Both the position numbers and the translations under genes were made by a program. DNA of 46,614 bases, filler included, from Jimgerdemannia flammicorona (Eukaryota): assembly GCA_003990765.1 (NCBI GenBank). It is 2 parts of 2 records of this genome, joined end to end, with 100 filler letters (N's around TTAATTAATTAA, not from the genome) between each part and the next. Parts side by side here need not be neighbours in the genome. Positions count along the whole stretch, not along the records: positions 23,364 to 46,614 come from RBNJ01001129.1; 1 more part is not named here. One strand, given 5' to 3'. This document shows, piece after piece, positions 37,340 through 46,614 of the stretch. The notes under the pieces are model-generated. The model had not been told where the DNA came from and did not search any database. It saw nothing but the letters and a program-made list of their open reading frames with translations. The stretch's first letter is position 1. The number at the start of each line of letters is the position of its first letter.

Positions 37340-40300
37340 CTTCAAGTAAGGATTTATTCATTGTAGAGAAGACAAGATATATTGGAGCAACAAAAGACAA
37401 GACTCCTAAGATGAGAAAAGCAAAACAAGGCCAGCAAAGTAAATAACTAGCTAGAAAGTACAAAACGAAGGCCAGAGAGATGACTACCCTAGAGATGGGC
37501 TGGATAAAACCATTTTATCACAGTTGTAAAGATAATAAATGTGGAAAGCAAGGAAAAGGTAAGCTAAGATAAAATATACAAATACCCGGTACCAACTACA
37601 GAAACTATATCAATATCTAAACTTCAAATAACTGAAATTTGGTGAATAACTCAATGCACTCTCAATAATCAGAGAACTAACCAAGGTGAATGAGAAAAAG
37701 AAAAGAAGTAAAGAAAATGTGCAATCACTTGATCACCCAAGCATTTTTGTAATCTTGGTCAGGCAGAACCTAATCACGAGGTGGGCACCAGAATTATATA
37801 TAGCATCAGTAGCATGGTAGGCTAACTTATGAAGAGCATGAAGAGAGTAGACATGAAGTTCTTCTTGCTATTCATCATTAGTAAACCAATTGAGTTGTTC
37901 ATCATGATTGGAAATATCTCAGAATGTGGAATAGGAATCTTCAAGAAGACTGCACCTGAGGAGATGGTCATGATGAAACTTATCTCCACAGGGGCAGGGG
38001 TGAGGTTGGTCAAAGTAGCCATAATACCAGGCAAGGGCAGAGTGCACAAGCCAGGGGGGGAAGGAGAGGACATGATCAGTACCCCTCGACCACAAGCAGC
38101 CTTTGGGGATAATATACTGAATGAGAGCCTGGGAGGAGGAGGCCCATTCCTGGAGTAGCTGGTCCTGAAAGAATGACTAAAGGAAGGAGTGGAGTGAGCG
38201 AGTCTTGTGGACCTAAGGATGAAGATCTCAGTACTAGTCAAGGAAGTCAAGCCAAGAGGTCCAATGCCAGAACTTGTCAATAATAGAACCTGGGAGACAC
38301 ATGATAAAGCACTCATTAAGGGGACCAATGAGATTGTTACCAGACTTGCTACACCAATCCAGATGGGCTTGGAACATGCAGCAGAGGTCTGATGTACAAT
38401 GAAGGAACAAAGAGAGGCCGAGAATCAAACTGCCAAGCGAGGGCTGGCCAGAAAATCCAACCACCCAGGCAATAGTGTCATCAAAGATCTGCTTGGGACA
38501 CTTCAACACCTGAAGCCCTGTAGTAGTTGCTAGACAGGAGGCACATAGGAGGGGGAGGTCATACTTCAGCTGAGGCCTGATGAAAGTTTGTACAATGGCC
38601 AACTTGACCATTGGTGGCCAGAGGGGACTACAGGCATGGCAGAACCCAAGAGTTCACTCCACCTTTGCCACATTCTGTAATGCAAGGCTGATAAAGTCAA
38701 ACCCTTTGTTAGTATACAGCACACCCAGGTACACATATGAGTGTGGTCATGGGCATGGCTCTCCCCAATCCGCACAGTACAGTCAGCAGGACCAACATAA
38801 CTGTACTTCTTAGGATTGAGTTCCATACTATTCACCAGAAGCAGTCTTCACAGAAGTCAATCATTCTCTGCCCCTCTGTGGCAGTGCGAGGAGTGAGGGT
38901 GATATCATCTGCAAAGAAGAGCCCAAGGAGAAAGTTGTACTCCTTGAACTATTCATCAAAAGAGGTGGCAAGGGGGTCAATAAAGATATCAAAAAGCCAG
39001 GGAAAGAGGATGGAGCCTTGGAAGAGACTGCACTCAGTAGGGACTAAAGGGGTGATAAGGCCATTGACAACCACCTAATAGGAACAGCGATTGAAGAGGC
39101 TTCAGATAATGCTAAGGCGGGCTGTATCAGTACCTTACACCTCAAGTTATGAAAGAATAAGCTTGAGAGAGACTCTATCATATGTCTGCCAGAGGTTAAG
39201 AAAGACATGGTGGTCCCATCTCTTGGCCCATGTCTAATGTGAGAGCAAGATATAGAAAAGGGATAAGAAGCGGGTTCAGAAGCCATCTTGGCAGTGTGAC
39301 ATTTCTGTCAGACCACTTCAGCTCTTGATGTAACCTTCCAAGCACTGCTCGAAGAGTCCAAGAATCATTTTGGTAAGAGCGATAGGGTGAAATCCATCGA
39401 TTGTTTGCAATTCCTCCTTCTTAGGAACTAAGGTAATAATGGTGGAGTTCCAGTAGTGAGGAGTGAGCCCACAAACCACACACATCTGGAAGAAAAAGGA
39501 CAGGGCTTTGGACAGGCTACAGGGGACATCCATCTCACCTGCCATCACCCAAAGGATCCGGACATATAAGGAGTTAGCTCTACAGGCCTTAGAGAGGGGG
39601 TAGCTGTAGATAGCTCTCCAAACTGCAGGTTGGTCAAACCAAAACTATAGCCTAAGAGCTCCCACACCAAGGTGGAAGATGTTCTCAGAGTCATCGAGGC
39701 AGAGAGAGGCATTCAGTTAGCCAAAGATAATAGTAGAGTGAGCAACCACATTGTCAAACACCAAGACAGTAGAGGATTGAAACTAGAGATAGGTGGAGGG
39801 GGTAGAGTGGTAGGCTCGCTTGAAACCATAGATGGCATCAGAGACTGAAAATGTACTGTGAAGGAGGTCTCACTGAGGGAGCAGCACTGCTCTAATCTCT
39901 CTTGCATCATATGAGCCAAGAATGTCCTTACATACTGACTATAGACCAGAGGTCAAAAGGGTGTTGAGAGAATCCACGAACTGCTGGCGATCTTCCACAG
40001 AGCAAAATCCAGTAATATGGTCTTAAATGGAATAGATAGACCTGACAACAGTATCATAAACAATATCTGCTGATTCCCGAAGGTCAGCTAGAATGACCGG
40101 ATCAGTCAGATATTTCGCAGAGAAATGGCAGATGCTTACTAGAGCAGCAACTGGCAAGGGTGAGAAGGAGAAGGAGATGGTAAGAAAAGAGGAGTGGTCA
40201 GTAGTAACAGGGGGAGTAGTACATGTGAGGGACATGTAGAGGGATATGGTGGTGAATGCATGATCAATGGGTGTGGATCCAGTCACCAGGGTCAGATGGT

Positions 40301-41858
40301 TCAATGACCATATTATCAATGAGATGTCAAAAACATCCATCCAATCTCAAGGACCAGAATCGACATCACCAAGGTGGGCACTGAAGCAGGTATTAGTGTC
40401 ACTAATCAAAAGAGCCTTGTCCAGGAAGGGACCAGACACCAGATCATGGAAACCACCAATAGGAAGAGAGGGGGGGGTGTAAACTCCAACCAAAGCCAGG
40501 CCCTTAAACATGAGCCGGATATGGAAGGGGTCAGCAGAGGACTCAGAAATGAGAGGGGTGAATCAGTTTGACATGAGAACTACAAGACCACTATTCTGGT
40601 GACCCATGATCCTGTATAATACCAGGGGAGAAGACATGTAAATGAGCGGAGAGAGATGTAGTAGAATGTGCCATATTTCACAAATGAAAAGAACATCAAG
40701 GGCAGGACCAATCAACTGACTGAGCACATCAAACTTGTCCTGAGTTAGTCTGTGTGCTTTGAGGAATCTGACTCTCATTGGGGGCCAGGTGCAGTAGCAC
40801 CAACAGCATGAAAAACATCTAAGGAGGAAGTTTCAGCTTCCAGATCCATTGCTATTTCACAAGTCATAGCCACAGTACCACCTACCTTTGAAGCAGGGCC
40901 GGCCGATGGAGTGGCAGAGGATGGGAGGGTGAGACCAAGTTCCACAGCCCATGCCTTATCGAAGGTCTGTACCTCAGGCCTCTTAACAGTGGCTTCACCA
41001 GCCAACTGCCAGATCCAAGCATGGAAGAATTAGAGTAACTGTACTTTTATGGCCCCTATAGCATTCTTGTTGCAGGGGAGCACAGGGTCTCAGACCATTA
41101 GAACTGAGAACCTGAGTGACTTTATCCTCTTTTGGAATGCCATGATATAATCAGGGCAGAGAAGAAATTCAATAGTTGATACTGAGATATATGACATGTT
41201 GAGAATCTTAGATAACATCACATAGACATTGTACAGATACTTCTGGATCTACCTGATCTTGAGATGAGTAAATCTGTTGATGTAAACACATTGCAGCTGG
41301 GCACCTCTCTCCATCAGTGACAAATGAGAGGTCAGCTTGCGAGTCATATATGAAAAAGTGGCAGCTGTGACAGCCCTTTCCATCTCAGGGTAGGGCTGGG
41401 TCCTATCTTTAATAAAGACCTTTTTGGTGGCAGTGGCATATGATATGGAGGGGGTGGGGATTGAAGCAGGGGACAAAGATGGACCAGCAGTGCTGGGTCC
41501 CACAGGCATAACCTGGGGCACTGGCCCAGAGGCCTTAGCCTTGTCCTTTTTAGGGGGTGTGGCTTGGCAGCCAGAGGTACTGCTATGGGAGTTGCCTCCT
41601 TTGGTGGCATACCAGACTACAATGTGGTAGCTTTAGTGGCCCACTTGTCTGCTCGCTTCTGGGCCTTTGACTGCATGTTCGCAGCAGGACCAGTTGGAGG
41701 GGGGGCCAAGGACTTGGAGGGAGTGAATGTAGAAGGAGTAGTGGGGGTACTTCTTGAAGGAGCACCAGATGACGTGAGGGCAGTGGCACAAATTGCGCAG
41801 CAAGATGTGCCATTAGCTGAGTATTGATCTAGCCAAATGGAGAAATGACTTGAATGGG
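37340..41858 (-). mobile_element. Telomere-associated retroelement, copy 2 (both termini present, ~630-bp deletion removing the ORF1 start)
   Basis: Colinear with copy 1. At ~41828 it jumps from copy-1 ~36660 to copy-1 ~37288 (TCTAGCCAAATGG). Followed by the degenerate tract CTAAGATTAGG at 41859-41869. Confidence 0.88.
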
Positions 41859-41869
41859 CTAAGATTAGG

Positions 41870-44800
41870 CTTCAAGTAAGGATTTATTCATTGTAGAGAA
41901 GATAAGATACATTGGAGCAATAAACAGCAAAGACTCCTAAGATGAGAAAAGCAGAACAAGGCCAGCAAAGTAAACAACTAGTTAAGAAGTACAAAAACAA
42001 AGGCCAGAGAGGTGACCATCCTTTGGATGAGCTGGATAAACCATTTTGTCATACTGTAAAGATAATAAATGCAGAAAGCAAAGAAAAGAAAGGCTAAATA
42101 AAAAACACATTTGCCTGGTACCAACTACAGGAACTGTATCGACAAACAAATACCAAATGACTGATATAAGATAAATAACTCAATGCACTCTCAACAATGG
42201 GAGAACCAACTGAGGCAAATGAGGGGGAAGAAAGAAATAAAGAAAATATGCAATCACTTGATCACCCAAGCATCTTCATAATCTCGGTCAGGCAGAACCC
42301 AACTGCGAGATGGCCACCAGAATTACACATGGCGTCGATAGCATGGTAGGCTGTCTCATGAAGAGTGTGAAGAGAGTAGGTGTGAAGTTCTTCCAGCTAT
42401 TTGTCATTGGTAAACCAATCGAGTTGTTCATCTTGATCAGAAGAACCTCGGAACATGGAATATGAACTGTCGAGAAGACCACACCTGAGGAGATGGCTAT
42501 AATGAAACTTATCTCCATAGGAGCAGGGGCAGGGTTGGCCAAAATAGCCATAATGCCAGACAAGGGCCAAACAAACAAGCCAGGGAGGGAAGGAGAGGAT
42601 GCAATCGGTATCGCACGACCACAAGCGGCCTTTGGAGGTGATATACCGAACAAGAGCCTGGGAGGAGGAAGCCTATTCCCACAGCAGCTGATCCCAAAGG
42701 AAGGACTGGAAGAAGGAGCGGAGTGAGCGAGTCTTGTGGACCTGGGGACAAAGGTCCCAATACCAGTCGAGAAAGTCAAGCCAAGAGGTCCAATGCTGGA
42801 ACTTGTCAAAAATAGAACCTGGGAGATGTGTGACAAAGCGCTCACTAAGGGGGCTGATGGAGTTGTTGTCAGACTTACTACACTAATCCAGATGGGCTTG
42901 GAACATGCAGCAGAGGTCAGACATATGACAAAGAAAGGAAGAGAGGCCAAGAATTGAACTGCCAAGCAAGGGATAGCCAGAAAATCCAACTGCCCAAGCA
43001 ACAGCATTATCAAAGACCTGCTCGAGATGCTTCAATACCTGAAGCCCCATGGTAGTTGCCGAGTAGGAGGCTTATAGAAAGAGAAGGCCATACTCCAGCT
43101 GAGGCCTAATAAATGTCTGTATGATGGCCAGCTTGACCATTGGTGACCAGAGGGGACTATGGGCACAGCAGAATCCAAGAGTTCATTCCACCTTTGCCAT
43201 ATTCTGCAACACAAGGCTAACAAAGTCAAACCCTTTATTAGTGTATGGCATGCCCAGGGACACATAAGAGGGGGGTCGTGGGCAGAGTTCACCCCCGATC
43301 TGCACAGTACAGTCAGCAGGGCCAATATAACTGTACTTCTTGGAGTTAAGCTCTATACTGTTCACCAGAAGCTGATCTTCACAAAAGTCAACCATGTTTT
43401 GCCCTTCTATGGCAGTGCGGGGGTAAGGGCGATATTGTCAGCAAAGAAGAGCCCAAGGAGAAAGTCATACTCCTTGAACTGGTCATCAAAGGAGGTGGCA
43501 AGGGAATCAATAAAGATATCAAAGAGCCAAGGAGAGAGGAGGGAGCCCTGAAAAAGGCCATGCTCAGTGGGGACCGAAGGGGTGACAAGGCCATTAACAA
43601 CCACTTGATAGGAACAGTGATTAAACATGCTTCAGATAATGCTAAGAAGAGCTGCATCAGCATCTCGCACCTTAAGTCATAAAAGAATGAGCTTGAGAGA
43701 AACTTGGTCATATGTCTGCTGAAGGTCAAGAAAGACATGTTGGCCCCATCTCTTGGCCTACGTCTCATGTGAAAGCAAGATATGGGAAAGGAATGAGAAG
43801 CGGATTCGGAAGCCACCTTGGCAGCATGACATTTCTGTCAGGCCACTTCAGCTCTTGATGTAACCTTCGAAACACTGCTCGAAGAGTCTACGAAACATTT
43901 CAGTCAGATCAATAGGGCGAAATCCATCAATCGTTCGTGATTCCTCCTTCTTAGAGACTAGGGTAATGATAGTGGAGTTCCAGTGGTATGGAGTAAGCCC
44001 CCAAACCATATACATCTGGAAGAAAAAGGAAAGGGCTTTGGATAGGCTACAGGGAGCATCCTTCTTGCCTGCCATCACCCAAAGGATGTAGACATGCAAA
44101 GAATCAGCCCTACAGGCCATTGAGAGAGGGTAGCTGCAGATAGCCCTCCAAACTGTAGGTTGGTCAAACCAAGACTATAGTCCAAGAGTACCAATGCCAA
44201 GAGAAAAGACATCCTCAGAGTTATCGAGCTGAAGAGAGATGTCTGGCTACCCAAAGATAGTGGTAAAGTAAGCAACCACATCATCGAACACCAGGACAGT
44301 GGGGGAGTGGGAGTGGAGAGGGGCAAGAGGAGTGGAGTGGTATGCTCACTTGAAACCATGAAGGGCATCAAAGAACAAAGATGCACTGTGAAGAAGATCT
44401 CACCAAGGGAGCGGCACCACCCTGATTTCTCTTGTATCATACAAGCCAAGAATGTCCTCACAAACTGACTGTAGACCAGAGGTCAAAAGGGCATCCAGAG
44501 AATTAACAAACTGCTGGCAATCTTCTACAGAGTAAAAGCCAGCGACATGGTCTTGGATAGAGTAAATGGACCTGACAATAGTATTGCAAATGATATCTAC
44601 CGATTCAAGAAGGTGAGCTTGAATGACCAGATTGGCCAGGTATCTCGCACAGTAATGATAGACACTAGCCAAGACAGCAACTGGCGAGGAGAAGAAGGGG
44701 AATGAGACAGTGAAGAGGGAGGGGTGGTCGGTAGTAATAGGAGGAGTGGTGTAGGTGAGGGATGCATGGAGGGATGTGGTGGCGAATGCATGGTCAACGC

Positions 44801-45486
44801 ATGTGGATCCAGCCATTGGGGTCAGGTGGTTTAACAACTACGTCATCAGAGAGGTGTCAACGACATCCATTCGATCACAGGGACCAGAGTTGATGTCACC
44901 AAGGTGGGCACTGAAGCAGGTGTTGATATCACTGATCAAAAGGGCCTTACCTAGAAAGAAACCAGACATAAGATCTCGGAAGCCACCAATAGGAAGAGAG
45001 GGGGGGCATAAACCCCAATCAAAGCCAGACCCTGGTGAGCCAGATATGGAAAAGGTTAGCAGAGAACCTGGAAATAAGGGTGGTAAATTGATTTGACATG
45101 AGAACCATGAGACCACCATTCTGGTGGTCCACAATTCTGTTCGATATCAGAGGGGAGGACATGTAAATGAGTGGAGAGGGATGCAGTGGGATGTGCCACA
45201 TTTTACATATGAAAAGAACATTGAGGGCAGGACCAAACAACTGACTGAGCACATCGAACTTGTTCTGAGATTTTCTGTATGTATTGAGGAACCCGACTCT
45301 CATTGTAGGCTGAGCATGTTAGTGCTAACAGCGTGAGAAGCACCTGAGGAGGAAGCTTCAACTTCTAAATCTATCGCCATCTCACCAGTCATAGCTACAG
45401 TATCATCTGTCTTCAAAGCAGGGCTGGCCAACGGGGAGGTAGGGGAGGGGAGAGTGAGGCCGAGTTCTGCAGTCCAAACTCTGTAG
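41870..45486 (-). mobile_element. Telomere-associated retroelement, copy 3 (5'-truncated within ORF1)
   Basis: ORF2 starts at 45303 (MRVGFLN). GFRPIDLTE, GLFQGSLLSPWLFDIFIDSL, LFFADN. Ends ~180 nt into the 3' end of ORF1. Confidence 0.88.
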
Positions 45487-45501
45487 AGGGTTAGGGTTAG
45501 G
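45487..45501 (+). repeat. Telomeric tract between copies 3 and 4
   Basis: AGGGTTAGGGTTAGG. Confidence 0.85.
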
Positions 45502-46614
45502 CTTCAAGTAAGAATTTATTCATTGTAGAGAAGATAAGATACATCGGAGCAACAAACGGCAAAGACTCCTAAGATGAGAGAAGCAAAACAAGGCCAGCGA
45601 AGTAAACAACTAGCTAGGAAGTACAAAAAACAAAGGCCAGAGAGGTGACCACCCTTTGGTCGGGCTGGATAAAACCATTTTGTCACGGCCATAGAGATAA
45701 TAAATGCAAAAAGCAAAGAAAAGAAAAGCTAAGATAAATACGCAACGCCCGGCGCCAACTACAGAAACCGTATCGACAACTGAACACCAAATGACTAACA
45801 TGAGATGAATAACTCAATGCATTCTCAACAACGGGGGAACCAACCAAGGCGAATGAGGGGAAAGAAAAGAATAAAGAAAATGTGCGATCGCTCGATCACC
45901 CAAGCATCTTCGTAATCTCGGTCAGGCAAAACCCGACCGCAAGATGGCCACCAGAATTACACATGGCGTCGATAGCGTGGTAGGCTGTCTCGTGAAGAGC
46001 GTGAAGAGGGTAGGCGCGAAGTTCCTCCTGCCATTCGTCACTGGAAAACCAGTCGAGCTGTTCATCTCGATCTGAAGAACCTCGGAAAGCAGAATACGAA
46101 CCGTCGAGAAGACCGCACCTGAGGAGATGGCCACGATGAAACTTATCTCCACAGGGGCAGGGGCGGGGTTGGCCAAAGTAGCCATAGCGCCAGGCGAGGG
46201 CAGAACGCACAAGCCGGGGGGGGAAGGAAAGGACGCGGTCGGCGCCCCGCGACCGCAAGCGGCCTTTGGGGGTGATGTACCGAACGAGAGCCTGGGAGGA
46301 GGAGGCCCATTCCTGCAGCAGCTGATCCCGAAGGAAAGACTGGAGGAAGGAGCGGAGCGAGCGAGTCTTGCGGACCTGGGGACGAAGGTCCCAGTACCAG
46401 TCGAGGAAGTCAAGCCAAGAGGTCCAACGCCGGAACTTGTCAATGATAGAACCCGGGGGACGCGTGACAAAGCGCTCGCTAAGGGGGCCGATGGGGTTGT
46501 TGCCCGACTTGCTACACCAATCCAGGTGGGCTTGGAACATGCAGCAGAGGTCAGACGTGCGACGAAGGAAGGAAGGGAGGCCGAGAATCGAACTGCCGAG
46601 CAAGGGACGGCCGG
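45502..46614 (-). mobile_element. Telomere-associated retroelement, copy 4 (3' part, barely mutated, continues beyond the window)
   Basis: Same 3' junction TTAGG|CTTCAAGTAAG. CpG-rich, with an open ORF2 frame. Confidence 0.9.
45896..46614 (-). CDS. C-terminal part of copy 4 ORF2 with CPCGDKFHRGHLLRC zinc-knuckle-like motif
   Basis: At least 235 codons without a stop, homologous to the stop-riddled frames of copies 1-3. Confidence 0.8.
   Translation of the reverse strand, partial: GRPLLGSSILGLPSFLRRTSDLCCMFQAHLDWCSKSGNNPIGPLSERFVTRPPGSIIDKFRRWTSWLDFLDWYWDLRPQVRKTRSLRSFLQSFLRDQLLQEWASSSQALVRYITPKGRLRSRGADRVLSFPPRLVRSALAWRYGYFGQPRPCPCGDKFHRGHLLRCGLLDGSYSAFRGSSDRDEQLDWFSSDEWQEELRAYPLHALHETAYHAIDAMCNSGGHLAVGFCLTEITKMLG

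Noticed and set aside
42288..46470. Alternative-frame ORFs (241 aa, 182 aa) overlapping ORF2 of the telomeric elements
   Set aside because: They overlap the true ORF2 frame in GC-rich sequence and vary in extent between copies, so there is no support for a separate gene.
31965..46614. Assignment to MoTeR/CRE or Penelope-like Coprina elements
   Set aside because: ORF2 has an N-terminal APE-type domain and a LINE-type RT. No C-terminal PD..D restriction-like endonuclease is seen after the knuckle.

Overview
Eukaryotic DNA, most likely a fungal subtelomere. The evidence is short 65-84 nt GT-AG introns, TTAGGG tracts, and repeats carrying RIP-like CpA/TpG->TpA changes plus CpG decay. From left to right: (1) a decayed dUTPase-bearing Ty3/gypsy element interrupted by a ~1.57 kb solo-LTR-like insert that carries its own ORF; (2) a ~6 kb unique island with two intact, divergently transcribed spliced genes, a GH9 endoglucanase-fold protein whose catalytic Glu and several cleft residues are substituted, and a BcsA/CesA-like processive GT2 synthase; (3) nested L1/Tx1-like LINEs, one full length with a poly(A) tail and a perfect 16-bp TSD; (4) a 100-nt assembly gap; (5) an intronless CHAT protease-STAND NTPase (NLR-like) gene; (6) a mutated U6 snRNA copy; (7) a LINE cut off by a telomeric tract; (8) a head-to-tail array of four APE-endonuclease non-LTR retroelements. 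Each of the four is joined at its 3' end to TTAGG in telomeric repeats, and the rightmost (inferred distal) copy is the least mutated. The best candidates for new biology are the pseudo-GH9/cellulose-synthase pair and the APE-type telomere-targeted retroelement array. All calls come from reading the sequence and motifs by eye; no searches were run.
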